Below are positions 9,066-18,743 of a DNA stretch of 64,000 bases, one piece after another. The notes under the pieces were generated by a model that made no database searches, had not been told where the DNA came from, and was given only the letters and a program-made list of their open reading frames with translations. A program made the translations under genes and the position numbers. Origin of the DNA: Armatimonadota bacterium (lineage in GTDB: Bacteria; Armatimonadota; HRBIN16). The stretch is from positions 1,472,001-1,536,000 of the forward strand of contig OY781964.1 of assembly GCA_963677485.1 (NCBI GenBank), written 5' to 3'. Numbering within the stretch: the stretch's first letter is position 1; every line of letters starts with the position of its first letter.

Positions 9066-9205
9066 GAGTCAGGAGAGAGGAGACATCATGAGGAGGCAGG
9101 AGTTAGGAGATAGGAGTCAGGAGAATACCCGGACCAGATATCCGTATCCCGTCCCTATTCTGACTCCTGTCTTCTGCCTCCTATCTCCAAAGATGTCTCC
9201 TTCCT
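9051..9205. repeat. AGGAGnn array with counter-arm (E6)
   Basis: Starts with gaatacagaa like E5; supplies endolysin TAG; counter-arm 9157-9201. Confidence 0.9.
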
Positions 9206-9219
9206 ACTAGGAGAAATAG

Positions 9220-9534
9220 ATGGAAGCTGGGCGGTTGAGACATATGGGAACGGTGTTTCAGAATATGGGCATTGAGGACGGTCGGGCCGGGGTGACGGAT
9301 GACTGGACGGCAATTGGGACGGTGCCGCTGGCGATCCAGTCGATCAGTGTGAAGGACCGGATGGCGAGCGGGTTTCCGATTTTGGATGCGATGGTGAAGC
9401 TGGAGTGCCGGCCAAATGCGATTTTGGCGATCGGTAGACAAGTGTCTGCGAACGGGCACCGGTACGAGGTTACGACGATTGACACGGACGAAAGAGGGCG
9501 CACGATGATAGCGCTGGCGAAGGAGATTTTCTGA
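9220..9534 (+). CDS. Head closure / head-tail adaptor
   Basis: MEAGRLRH N-terminus typical of head-tail joining proteins. Confidence 0.8.
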   Translation: MEAGRLRHMGTVFQNMGIEDGRAGVTDDWTAIGTVPLAIQSISVKDRMASGFPILDAMVKLECRPNAILAIGRQVSANGHRYEVTTIDTDERGRTMIALAKEIF

Positions 9535-10016
9535 TGGGCAATCTGGTTGGCAATATTACGCTTGGTGCGCACCTGCGGTATTCGGATGCCGCACTTGGCA
9601 CTGCGTCGTGGTCTCTTGATGTGGACCATTCGAAAACACTGGTGCCAGGCAGCGGCGCAGGAAAGGTAAATCAAGGCTGCATTTACTCTTTGACAGTGGG
9701 CTCGAGTGACGTCACTGTAGATTTGAAGACGTTGCCTTCAGAATCGCTGGAGTCAAACCGGGCGGTGCAGACGAACGGCGGTCCAAATATCTCAGGCATC
9801 GCTGGGCTGGTGATCAGGAACAAGAGCGCCACAGCCACAGTGACCGTAACGAAGCCGATGGCGGCGGGGTTTGTGGGACTCACTTGCAAGCTGCCGCCAC
9901 TGGCTGCGGTGGCCATAGATTATGCAGTGGGGTTTGACATGGGCAGTGCTTCCAACCTGACATTTGTGAGCAACGTGCCCGGAGCGGTGGTTGAGATCAC
10001 CGCCTTCGGGAGCTAG
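9534..10016 (+). CDS. Hypothetical virion protein
   Basis: TGATG coupling; beta-rich 160 aa. Confidence 0.7.
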   Translation: MGNLVGNITLGAHLRYSDAALGTASWSLDVDHSKTLVPGSGAGKVNQGCIYSLTVGSSDVTVDLKTLPSESLESNRAVQTNGGPNISGIAGLVIRNKSATATVTVTKPMAAGFVGLTCKLPPLAAVAIDYAVGFDMGSASNLTFVSNVPGAVVEITAFGS

Positions 10017-10393
10017 TGATGAGCGACCCCACCGATGCTGTGATGGCTGCGCTGGCCAGCACGCTGAATCTGGCGCTGGATATACCGGTGGTGGATGGGT
10101 GGCCGGAACCGAAACCGGCGCCGGTGTGCGTGATCGGCGAGGCTGACAGTGAGCCGGATGAAGAGGAAGGCAGCGACGCGTGGATCGTGACGGCCTACAT
10201 CAATGTGATCATCAGCGATAAGGCAATGAAGCGGCTAAATGAGGTGCTACGGCAGATCACGGACGCGATGCGGGAGTTCACGATGAGCAACCTGGTGTGG
10301 GTTTCGGTGAGCGTGCAGCGCAAACGGATGGCGGACGGTGCGACGCGGATCGGGACGGTGACCGTGAAGATGGAGATTGAAGATGGCACTTAA
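10016..10393 (+). CDS. Putative tail terminator/completion protein
   Basis: PVVDGWP..PVCVIGE pattern; position. Confidence 0.65.
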   Translation: MMSDPTDAVMAALASTLNLALDIPVVDGWPEPKPAPVCVIGEADSEPDEEEGSDAWIVTAYINVIISDKAMKRLNEVLRQITDAMREFTMSNLVWVSVSVQRKRMADGATRIGTVTVKMEIEDGT

Positions 10394-10751
10394 GGAGGGC
10401 ACGCTTGACCTGCAGTTTGCGGATCGCGAGATCATACGGGCACTTGGAGAGGCGTGCGATAAGGCCGTATACGGTGCAGCGGTAGCGACACTGGCTGATG
10501 CTAACTCGATGATACCTATCGAAACTGGTGAAGCGCAGGCCTCAGGTTATGTAGAGATGAAACCAGGCGACTTTCCGACTGCCTTGATAGGGTATCGGGT
10601 ATCTTACGCAAGGCGATTGAACTACGATAAGGCGCAGATGCTAAGAAGTGGGCGACACTACTTCCTTAGTCAAGCACGCAGGCGAACTGGGGCAAAGCTA
10701 CTGCGCCAGTTTATCAAACAAAATGTAGCTGATATGACAGGAGGCCAATAA
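10383..10751 (+). CDS. Putative neck/tail component (HK97 gp10-like)
   Basis: IPIETG...SYARRLNY...HYFL pattern; position. Confidence 0.6.
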   Translation: MALKEGTLDLQFADREIIRALGEACDKAVYGAAVATLADANSMIPIETGEAQASGYVEMKPGDFPTALIGYRVSYARRLNYDKAQMLRSGRHYFLSQARRRTGAKLLRQFIKQNVADMTGGQ

Positions 10752-11159
10752 TTGGCGAGAGTTGAGTTGAAGGATATTCGTCTGTGGGAAGGCTCCACGC
10801 CCGCGGCGATTCTGGGTGCGAAGGAGTGCGGGCTGGATATCAGCGTGGAGGAACACGATGTGACCACGCAGGAAGATATCCAAAGCGCGTTTCAGAAGAT
10901 ATATGCGGCGGGTCTGGTGGATTCCACCATGGAGATTAGCGGCGGGGTTGTGGCAGCCACCACTGGCAGCGACACCAAGGCGATTGCTGACAAGGCGATT
11001 GCTGGCACCACGCTGAGTATGAGCTTTAAGATGGGCGCCGATAGCTACACAGCGAGCGCGTTCTTCACGAAGTTCAATGTGAAGGGCGGCACGAGCCGCG
11101 GCGACGCGACGTTCAGCGGGACGCTGCGCGTGATGAACGCACTGACACCGGGCGCCTAG
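10752..11159 (+). CDS. Major tail tube protein
   Basis: SD ggagg + TTG; size, EEHDVTT, ATFSGTL; precedes chaperone and TMP. Confidence 0.75.
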   Translation: MARVELKDIRLWEGSTPAAILGAKECGLDISVEEHDVTTQEDIQSAFQKIYAAGLVDSTMEISGGVVAATTGSDTKAIADKAIAGTTLSMSFKMGADSYTASAFFTKFNVKGGTSRGDATFSGTLRVMNALTPGA

Positions 11160-11160
11160 G

Positions 11161-11469
11161 ATGATTATCACCTGGGGAGACCGGACGATTGAGGCGCCCA
11201 TTACGGCGGGCGACCTGAAGCGGGCAGGCGAGGCGGCGGGTTTCAACCTGCTGGAAGTCGACAAACTGAACTCGAGCGAGATGCTGACCGCGGCGTGTGC
11301 TGTGGTGTGGTGCATTCTTCGGCGGCGCGGCGTGGATATCTCGCTTGAGGCGATGATGGACGAAAGCGCTCTGGCGCAGGTGGTGGAGTGGAGCAACCAA
11401 TTCAACAGTGAATTGAGCGGGGACATAGAACCGCCTGCGAACCCTCCGACGGCGACTCCGAGCCCGTAA
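11161..11469 (+). CDS. Tail assembly chaperone (gpG-like)
   Basis: Between tail tube and TMP; overlapping -1 frame ORF follows. Confidence 0.7.
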   Translation: MIITWGDRTIEAPITAGDLKRAGEAAGFNLLEVDKLNSSEMLTAACAVVWCILRRRGVDISLEAMMDESALAQVVEWSNQFNSELSGDIEPPANPPTATPSP

Positions 11470-11693
11470 GCTGGGGTCGCCTAAAGTCTATCTGTTATGG
11501 ACCGCTGCGGATGCAAGCCGGGCGGTTCTATGACACCGAGTTTCGGGAGATTGTGGACGCCATTACGGCTTTCACGATTTGGCAGATTGAGCAGAGCGGC
11601 GGGCGCGTGGTGACACAAAGCGAGATGAACGAGCTGAGCGACCAACTACACAAGGAATTGAAGGAGCGCAAGGAATGGCCAACCAAAGTTTAA
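11412..11693 (+). CDS. Tail chaperone -1 frameshift extension (gpT-like)
   Basis: -1 frame open from 11412; WGRLKSICYGPLRMQAGRFYDTEFREI resembles gpT segments. Confidence 0.6.
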   Translation: MERGHRTACEPSDGDSEPVSWGRLKSICYGPLRMQAGRFYDTEFREIVDAITAFTIWQIEQSGGRVVTQSEMNELSDQLHKELKERKEWPTKV

Positions 11694-13204
11694 TACTGGC
11701 GTTGAAATGCGATCTTAGACCGTTCCGCAAAGCGCTAGGCGAGGCGAAGGGCGCGGCGACCATTGCGGGCACTGATATACTGAAGGCGACCACGGTGACG
11801 CCGGATGTGAAAGGGATACAAAAGGCGCAGGCGAAGCTAAAGGAGCTGAAAGAAGAGGCGAAATTAGCCCGCGATGTATTGAGTGAAGCACTACAAGGTA
11901 AAGGAGGCGGGATTGATACCAGCTCAGTGCAGAAGGATATCGATAAGCTCAGTATTAAGATCAAAAAACTAAGCAGCGACACCGCGATAGCCAAAGCGGA
12001 GATGAACGCCAGCCTGAACGGGATGATAGACGGTTGGGGCAAAGTGTCCAGGGCGATTGGCGTGGGTTTGGCGGCGCTGGGAATGGCGGCGTTTGCCAGC
12101 GCGAAGAAGCTGGGTGATGAAGCGGAGGCGATGGACAACCTGGCGGCGAAGACTGGGATGCCTGTGAAAGCTCTGGCGGAGCTGGGGTTTGTGGCCAGCC
12201 AAAGCGGGCTGGACATTAACGCGATAGGCAACGGCGTGGGCGCGCTGGAGCGGAAGCTGTTCAGCATGGATGAAGGTGGTGGAGCAGCCGCGGACGCGCT
12301 GGCACAACTTGGCGTTAAGACGAAGGATGTGAACGGGCAGTTCCTGCCGATGGGTAAGATATTTGAGGAGACCGTGGACGCGCTGCGGAATGTGGAAAAC
12401 GCCACTACGCGGAACACCACCGCCGCGCAGATATTCGGCAAGGGGTTTGGGGAGCTGACTCCGATACTGGCCATGGGGCGCAATGAGTATAACGCGCTGG
12501 TGGAGAGCGGATACAAGGCGGGTGCGGTGCTGACTGGGACCGCACTTGAGCAGGCGAGAGGCGTGGACAACCTGATGGACAAGCTGAACGCTTACGCCCG
12601 AGGCTTGCAGATCACACTGGCCACGGCGATAGTGCCAGCGATGGAGAGCATTGCGCCGCTGATTGTTGGGCTGGTAAACGGATTGAGTGTGCTGGTCGGC
12701 GGGATCGGGCGGGTGTTCAGCGGCAAGAGCCCGTTCGTGACCTTCCTGGCCAGCTTTATTGTGGCCGCGCCAGTGACCATTGTGTGGGCATTAAAACTGG
12801 TGGCCGCATTCAATGCGATCCGAACCGCTATTGCCACCGCTGGCGGAATCGCCGCGGCGCTTTCCGGTAACTGGGGAGCGTTGGCGGCTGGACTTGCGGC
12901 GGCGGTTGGGATTGGTGCCGGCATGGTATACCTCACCAAGCAGTCCGAAAAGGGACTGGCGAGCGGGATGAAGAGCGCTGAGAGCTTCGGAACAAATAGA
13001 GGAAGCGGCGGCGCACTGGCGGCGTTGAACGCGATACCGTCCAGCTCACTGCCTGCGGTGTCGAGCATGATCAACTCCCCGCAATCCACCGTGATGCAAT
13101 CCCCGCCTGAGTTGGCAGTGATCCGTGATGCGGTGTTGGTGGTGCGGGACCTGGTGAACAGGATCGTGTGGAACCAGAACCGGATGATGGGGGTTGGTGC
13201 TTAA
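11675..13204 (+). CDS. Tape measure protein (short, 509 aa)
   Basis: Ala/Gly-rich helical; LAQLGV..D.NG, AAQIFGKG; hydrophobic segments. Confidence 0.88.
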   Translation: MANQSLILALKCDLRPFRKALGEAKGAATIAGTDILKATTVTPDVKGIQKAQAKLKELKEEAKLARDVLSEALQGKGGGIDTSSVQKDIDKLSIKIKKLSSDTAIAKAEMNASLNGMIDGWGKVSRAIGVGLAALGMAAFASAKKLGDEAEAMDNLAAKTGMPVKALAELGFVASQSGLDINAIGNGVGALERKLFSMDEGGGAAADALAQLGVKTKDVNGQFLPMGKIFEETVDALRNVENATTRNTTAAQIFGKGFGELTPILAMGRNEYNALVESGYKAGAVLTGTALEQARGVDNLMDKLNAYARGLQITLATAIVPAMESIAPLIVGLVNGLSVLVGGIGRVFSGKSPFVTFLASFIVAAPVTIVWALKLVAAFNAIRTAIATAGGIAAALSGNWGALAAGLAAAVGIGAGMVYLTKQSEKGLASGMKSAESFGTNRGSGGALAALNAIPSSSLPAVSSMINSPQSTVMQSPPELAVIRDAVLVVRDLVNRIVWNQNRMMGVGA

Positions 13205-14115
13205 TGCCCAGGATAGGGACCGAGCTGGCGCAGGGTTCGCGAAAGATGCAGTGTTCGCAAGACGGGCTGACTGGGGTGATCACGCACCTGGTGCAATGGC
13301 AGCAAATTGAGCCGTTTTACGATCCATATCTGACAGGATTACCAGATATCGGTGATTTATGGCCTGGTATCTCACAACCTCAACTTAGAGTGGTGAAAAT
13401 CGACTATGATGAGGCGATGACGCTTGGCTACGATAATTCGATGTGCATGGTGACCGTGCAGTATTCGACCGAGCGGAACCTGGGCAATGAGAACGAATAC
13501 TGGGCACGGTGGAGTTTTAGCGGCACGCACGAACAGATTGATGTGGGCAAGGGCGGCTGGGTTTGGGAGACGGCTGGGACGCGGCTGGATGACGGCGTGC
13601 AGGTGACGGTGCAGGAGACTCGATGCACAGCGGAGTTAAAACTGAGGGTCGATCAGTTCAATCGCGACCTGATTATGGAAGTTGATGGGTGCATTAATGA
13701 CAGACGCGTATTTGGATGGCCTACGGGGTGCGTAAGATGCGATGCTTGCGACGCGGTGCCGCAATACAACATGGTTGGTCAGATCATTTCGTGGGCGGTG
13801 CGGTATGAGTTTGTGGGGCGCAAGATTGAGTGGAATAAGAGCTGGAGAGAGGGCACGCAGGCGCGGGATGTGCATGGCGGTCTGCTGTTCTGGCAGAACG
13901 AAGATGCGGCGGCGGATTGGTATACCACCACGGCGACGCTAGTCGGTCAGCCCGTTTGGGTGAGCGACCTACCGGGGCAGAGTTCCAACCCGGCTGGCAC
14001 TGGCGGATGGGACACCCCGATGCTGGGCACCACACGCAAATATGAGAGCGTAGACTTTGGGACGCTGACGAATATACCGCTATGGACCGGAGATGACCCC
14101 ATTGGGACGCCTTAA
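13204..14115 (+). CDS. Putative tail tip protein
   Basis: TAATG coupling to TMP; position only. Confidence 0.6.
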   Translation: MPRIGTELAQGSRKMQCSQDGLTGVITHLVQWQQIEPFYDPYLTGLPDIGDLWPGISQPQLRVVKIDYDEAMTLGYDNSMCMVTVQYSTERNLGNENEYWARWSFSGTHEQIDVGKGGWVWETAGTRLDDGVQVTVQETRCTAELKLRVDQFNRDLIMEVDGCINDRRVFGWPTGCVRCDACDAVPQYNMVGQIISWAVRYEFVGRKIEWNKSWREGTQARDVHGGLLFWQNEDAAADWYTTTATLVGQPVWVSDLPGQSSNPAGTGGWDTPMLGTTRKYESVDFGTLTNIPLWTGDDPIGTP

Positions 14116-14587
14116 CAGCCGGATCGCGAACCTTGGCCGCATGTTCCGCGGGATGGTGAGCATGGAGATGTGGCGTGAGCTGATCGACCTGCTGCGAGAG
14201 CTGGACGCTGCGAGCGACATTCGGGTGGGGCGAGGGTTGGAGATGAGCCGCGGGCCGAACGGCACGGCGATATCGAGCAGGTTGAGGGCTGGTGAAAGCA
14301 CTGGGCGGGTGGTGGACGAAACCGACGGGCCAGTGACAGAGCTTGGGCACACGCACGGCACCAGGGACACGGACACGTGGACGATGGGCGGGGCGAACAA
14401 CGCGCGGGTGTATGCGGTGACAGATATCTGGTATGACCCTGTGACGTTTAAGCAGATGTTCAGGATGCGGCCGGTGGAGATCACAGCCAGTGGGCGTTGG
14501 AAGCACATTGCTGGCGAGGATGACCCGGGTTCGATTGTGTTCCAGGCGGCGGAGTGCCAGGCGCAGCCGGACGAGGCGCCGGCGTAG
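14093..14587 (+). CDS. Hypothetical tail protein
   Basis: Overlaps previous gene; SD ggag. Confidence 0.6.
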   Translation: MTPLGRLNSRIANLGRMFRGMVSMEMWRELIDLLRELDAASDIRVGRGLEMSRGPNGTAISSRLRAGESTGRVVDETDGPVTELGHTHGTRDTDTWTMGGANNARVYAVTDIWYDPVTFKQMFRMRPVEITASGRWKHIAGEDDPGSIVFQAAECQAQPDEAPA

Positions 14588-14688
14588 GAGACATCCTGAG
14601 GAGTCAGGAGATAGGAGTCAGGAGATAGGAGGGGAAGGCTCCCGTCCCGTCCCCATTCTGTCTCCTAACTCCTGTCTCCTGACTGCCT
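14586..14688. repeat. AGGAGnn array with counter-arm (E7)
   Basis: taggagacatcctgaggagtcaggagataggagtcaggagatagg ... ctgtctcctaactcctgtctcctgact. Confidence 0.9.
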
Positions 14689-14704
14689 GCTTCAAGGAGA
14701 AAAT

Positions 14705-17569
14705 ATGGCTGCAATAAAGATTGATGATATAGTCGTTTCCTGGTCGGTTGGGTTTGAGCATGCGGCGAAGATCGAGGTGTATAGTGACGCGTTCATGCCG
14801 TTTCTGCACTCCCGCATCACGGCGAACGGGACGCTATCCGCTGCTACGCCTTTGGCCGTTGGCGCGTTTTCGATAGGTGCTATCAGCGCAGGGGCTTACC
14901 CTGATGTGAGCTGGCCATATACGGACAAACTGCCTTTTGAATACACCTTAACCTACCCCACCGGTCTGCCTGCGCCGTTTGAGTTCACCTCTGAAAGTAT
15001 TCGGTTTGGGCTGCCGGTGGGCGTGCATGTGAGGCCGAACGTTGGGCAACTGGTGTTCACGGCGTTGTGTGAGGTGTGGGCGGATCTGATAGATATCGGG
15101 GATGGGTTTTGTGGATTCCACCATGACGGATTTCAGCGGGATATGCCTGACCGCAAGACGTGCAAAATATGGCTGAAGCTTGCGGAAGTGGCCGACTGGG
15201 CACTGACCACCAGCTATGACACCTACACCGGGACGTGCGGGACCGTTGGGCAGGATTTCATCAACACGCTAGCGTGTGCCGGGGCTGTGACCGCCGTGGC
15301 AGGAACCGAGTCGGCCTCTGGCCAAGTGTCGATAGGGTGCAGCCTGAGCACTTACCTGTGTGATGGCGAGAGTGAAACATGGAGTGAGGATGGCGGGACG
15401 TGCACGGGCTCCGCGGGAAATGGGACGGTTGAAGCCACGGCATCACCGGCATCGGCAGGAGTGATGAGCTCATCTATGAGCTGCACGTGGTGTCTTGGCA
15501 GGAACTGCGCGTTGGAATGCGCTGTTTTGGACCCCAACAGCGGAGGAATCGCGGCGGGGCTGGCCATCGCACGGTATGGAAATGACACGCAGCCTGCGAC
15601 AGTGACGTGTGACAGCGGCGGGGAGTATAACGAGGGCATCACCCACAAGCAATGGACTTGGAGTTTTAGCGCGTTTCGGATTGGCGGAGGCAGTTACAGC
15701 CAGGGCGGGAACTGGACGAACTGGGGAAAGCTGGCGGTGGGGCTGAACCCGGCGTGGAGCGTGGGGCCGGAGTATCAGGATTTGCCGGATGAATTTGCGG
15801 GCCCAGTGTATTCCCCCTACCTGAACTGGCACGATAACCGGCTGCTGATGAAGCTGTGGCACACCACGGGTCCGAGTTTCGCGCACGCATCGATGAGCAG
15901 CTTGGGGCTGGGGTGGAGCGTGGACGGCTACACGCCTGTAGGCGCGGCGTTGGAGGCGGTGGAGCCGAACCGGTACGGGCGGTGGACTATTGTGAACGGC
16001 ACGATGGTGGACAACACCACCAGCCTTCTGCTGGTGCCTGCCAGCGGAGAGGGCACGATGACCATCCGGCGCACGCTGGAATGGAGTGTGGATCAGACGG
16101 GGGGCAGCCCCACACGCAGTCCGCGGCCTACGTTCGCGGGGTATCGGTATCTGTATATCACACTCAAGCGGACCAGCATCACGCCTATCCCTGGCGACAC
16201 CGTGACCGTGCGCATCCGGCAGGATGACATGGCTGGTCTGTTCCCTGACCCGGCACTGCAGACGTGGGACAACGCGGGATATCGAGACAAGACATTTACC
16301 GGCGTGGTGAACAGCAGCGGCGTGGTGGTGATTGATTTGGCACGGCCGCAGGTGGTTGGTCTGACCGGCGAGGGAGACAACCCGCCGCCGACCGGCAACT
16401 ACGGGGAGCTGGCGCACCCGAACACACTGAGCCGGTGGCCACAACCCACCATGGACGGCAACCTGAGCGGCGTGACCGTGCCGATGTGGGTAGAGATAGA
16501 AATGCCCAACCCCGCGGGGGACGTGTGGGAGCTGGGCAGTATGGAGCTGGGGCGGCAGAGCGAGCCGGTGCTGTATATATTGCCCGCGCTGAACCAGTGG
16601 ATACGCGAAGAACGGCATGATTTGGCACAAGAGGGCGACACCACCAAGCGCAAGCACTGGCGGAGGAGATTGGTGACGGGGGTATGCGACGGTCTGCCCA
16701 ATCTGGAGCTGTTTGACATGGTGCGCACCAGCAGCCACATGGTGAGCGAGGAGCTGGGGGAATACGACATTTGGGAGTGGACGCTGCACAGCGTGGGCAA
16801 TACGGCGGTGCAGGCTGTTGAGGTGCATGAGCATGAGCACTGGGAGTATGGAACACCAGACACATATACACCTGTGGGCGCATTGGAGCGGTGGCCGGGT
16901 TGGAGCGCGAGTATGCCCACGCCAGCCAGCGGGAGCCTGGACGAATGGGTGCTGGCGGGTGAGGGCTGCCGAATGGGCGCGCATGGGGTGGTTTGGATAG
17001 GCAGCACGCGGGCGGTGCAGAGCGGGATCGCGCTGGGAACCGGCACCAAAGTGCAGAATATGGCGGATGAACTGGATTGGTTCGGCGGTTTGGTGGACCC
17101 GTTTAATATGGGCGACACGGCGTTTACCCTGCGCGCGGCGACTGTGCTGCATGGTCTGGCCGTGGGCGCCGGGATTGATAATGATGACGCGAACATCTGC
17201 ACTGTGCTGGCCACGATACAGAGCTTCAACACGGGCGCTGATGGCAGCTATGTGGCACGGAACCCGGGCGGGTGCCACGGGATCGCGCACAAGCTGGTGC
17301 GGCACGGGCGGACGCTGGTGCAGTGGGAGCCGCAGGTGATTGACTGGACGTTCAGACCATCGCTGTATCTGACGGCCATCTATACGCTGACTGAGGCGCC
17401 GCTGTGGTGGCACGGTCGGGGGGTGCATGTGGGTCACTGGTGGAAGCTGCTTGGTCCGCCCTGGATACGGCATGACAAGCAGGGGCGGATACTGTGCCAG
17501 CGGGCGGAGTTTGAGGGCGCGGGGTTGTGCTTGCAGTGCAGGCAGGGGCCGGGGCCGCCAGCGGCCTAG
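14705..17569 (+). CDS. Large hypothetical protein, last gene of the late operon (possible receptor-binding or tail protein)
   Basis: 954-aa ORF, SD aaggag; Trp/Gly/Cys-rich; no family recognised. Confidence 0.7.
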   Translation: MAAIKIDDIVVSWSVGFEHAAKIEVYSDAFMPFLHSRITANGTLSAATPLAVGAFSIGAISAGAYPDVSWPYTDKLPFEYTLTYPTGLPAPFEFTSESIRFGLPVGVHVRPNVGQLVFTALCEVWADLIDIGDGFCGFHHDGFQRDMPDRKTCKIWLKLAEVADWALTTSYDTYTGTCGTVGQDFINTLACAGAVTAVAGTESASGQVSIGCSLSTYLCDGESETWSEDGGTCTGSAGNGTVEATASPASAGVMSSSMSCTWCLGRNCALECAVLDPNSGGIAAGLAIARYGNDTQPATVTCDSGGEYNEGITHKQWTWSFSAFRIGGGSYSQGGNWTNWGKLAVGLNPAWSVGPEYQDLPDEFAGPVYSPYLNWHDNRLLMKLWHTTGPSFAHASMSSLGLGWSVDGYTPVGAALEAVEPNRYGRWTIVNGTMVDNTTSLLLVPASGEGTMTIRRTLEWSVDQTGGSPTRSPRPTFAGYRYLYITLKRTSITPIPGDTVTVRIRQDDMAGLFPDPALQTWDNAGYRDKTFTGVVNSSGVVVIDLARPQVVGLTGEGDNPPPTGNYGELAHPNTLSRWPQPTMDGNLSGVTVPMWVEIEMPNPAGDVWELGSMELGRQSEPVLYILPALNQWIREERHDLAQEGDTTKRKHWRRRLVTGVCDGLPNLELFDMVRTSSHMVSEELGEYDIWEWTLHSVGNTAVQAVEVHEHEHWEYGTPDTYTPVGALERWPGWSASMPTPASGSLDEWVLAGEGCRMGAHGVVWIGSTRAVQSGIALGTGTKVQNMADELDWFGGLVDPFNMGDTAFTLRAATVLHGLAVGAGIDNDDANICTVLATIQSFNTGADGSYVARNPGGCHGIAHKLVRHGRTLVQWEPQVIDWTFRPSLYLTAIYTLTEAPLWWHGRGVHVGHWWKLLGPPWIRHDKQGRILCQRAEFEGAGLCLQCRQGPGPPAA

Positions 17570-17660
17570 GAGTCAGGAGGCAGGAGAGAGGAGAAAGGAG
17601 ACAGGAGGGGGACGGGACCGCGGGTCCGGGTATTCTCCTGACTCCTGTCTCCTATCTCCT
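17568..17660. repeat. AGGAGnn array with counter-arm (E8)
   Basis: Contains an inverted near-copy of the aggagtcaggagaatacccggacc segment of E5/E6. Confidence 0.9.
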
Positions 17661-17780
17661 ATATACTTATGCGCTATAATATATCTAGTTGTAAGCGTGC
17701 CACTCCAATCACACGCGAGCATTAGGGGCGGCTGGTCAATACGTTGGCTGGTTGCCCTGCATTCTTCTGTCTCCTTCCTC

Positions 17781-17957
17781 CTAACTCCTGTCTCCTGATC
17801 GCCCACGCCACCAGTCGGCCAGGCCGTAGAGTAGGATGGTGATGAGCATGGCGGCGATGACGTAGGGGCGATAAGGCAGATCGTGCCTTTGGAGGATGCC
17901 GAAGAATATGATGAGGCACCAGATGAGTGACATGGGTATTTGGGTGTTTGTGTTCAT
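17781..17957 (-). CDS. Small two-TM membrane protein (58 aa, not in ORF track)
   Basis: SD aaggag; MNTNTQIPMSLIWCLIIFFGILQRHDLPYRPYVIAAMLITILLYGLADWWRGRSGDRS; stop lies in a heptamer arm. Confidence 0.6.
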   Translation of the reverse strand: MNTNTQIPMSLIWCLIIFFGILQRHDLPYRPYVIAAMLITILLYGLADWWRGRSGDRS

Positions 17958-18012
17958 GGCGCGGCTCCTTGGTGGATGTGGGCGACCGCCGGCCGCCCAT
18001 TCGATGGGCTAT

Positions 18013-18660
18013 TTAGTAGCTTGTTATATCCGATAGTTTTGCAGACTTCGCATCATCTTCAATAACTATGGCCTTGAATTTCCATGTGGCGTCAGGGTCA
18101 AGATAATTCATGGATGATATAGCAGTGCCTACCTGGTTATTATCAGCATCATATAGTTTGAATGTAATCCCCACATAGTTCGCTTTTTTTGTGCCGTTGT
18201 TTTTGACAACGCCCTCGATATACCTGAACGTCCCATCGTTCGACCAATCCCATGACACCAGTTGAAGCTTATCTTCAGTGTTTATAGTTGATGCAGCATC
18301 CACTACCTTACCAGCACATGAGTAAAATGGTGCGCCGACAATGATCATTAGCAGAATGAATGACACGGCGACGAACACCGTGACCCGTTGCATAAACTGC
18401 TTCGTGCGAAATACTATTTTGTCACTGCCACACCGACCGCATCTATCGACGCTTATGTGATGCACAAAACTGCACTTGGCGCATATCCATTGCCCATCGG
18501 TCTGATCTACTGCTGGCGGCGCAGCTTGTGCAGGTGTGGCTTGTGGTTGTGGCGCGTTCGATCCGTCAGTCGCGCGCCCGCACTTCGGGCAGAATGGGGT
18601 GGTGGATGGGCGCGTAAGGCCGCATCCTGTGCATGTGTGCATTCCAGGGTTCTGATCCAT
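18013..18660 (-). CDS. Zinc-ribbon, TM and FxLYD-domain protein
   Basis: Four CxxC pairs, one TM helix, IEGVVKN..ITFKLYD..WKFKA. Confidence 0.85.
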   Translation of the reverse strand: MDQNPGMHTCTGCGLTRPSTTPFCPKCGRATDGSNAPQPQATPAQAAPPAVDQTDGQWICAKCSFVHHISVDRCGRCGSDKIVFRTKQFMQRVTVFVAVSFILLMIIVGAPFYSCAGKVVDAASTINTEDKLQLVSWDWSNDGTFRYIEGVVKNNGTKKANYVGITFKLYDADNNQVGTAISSMNYLDPDATWKFKAIVIEDDAKSAKLSDITSY

Positions 18661-18743
18661 TGGACGGCTCCTTTAAGTGGTGGTGATGTGTTGCGCGGTA
18701 ACCTTCACCAGCGGGCGCGGGGAATCCTTCTTTTGTGGATGAA

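Noticed and set aside
15470-17473. 667-aa minus-strand ORF (also 2045-3040, 11572-12582, 33877-34734, 48189-49091)
   Set aside because: Antisense shadows of well-supported genes in GC-rich DNA; His/Arg/Pro-rich with no motifs.
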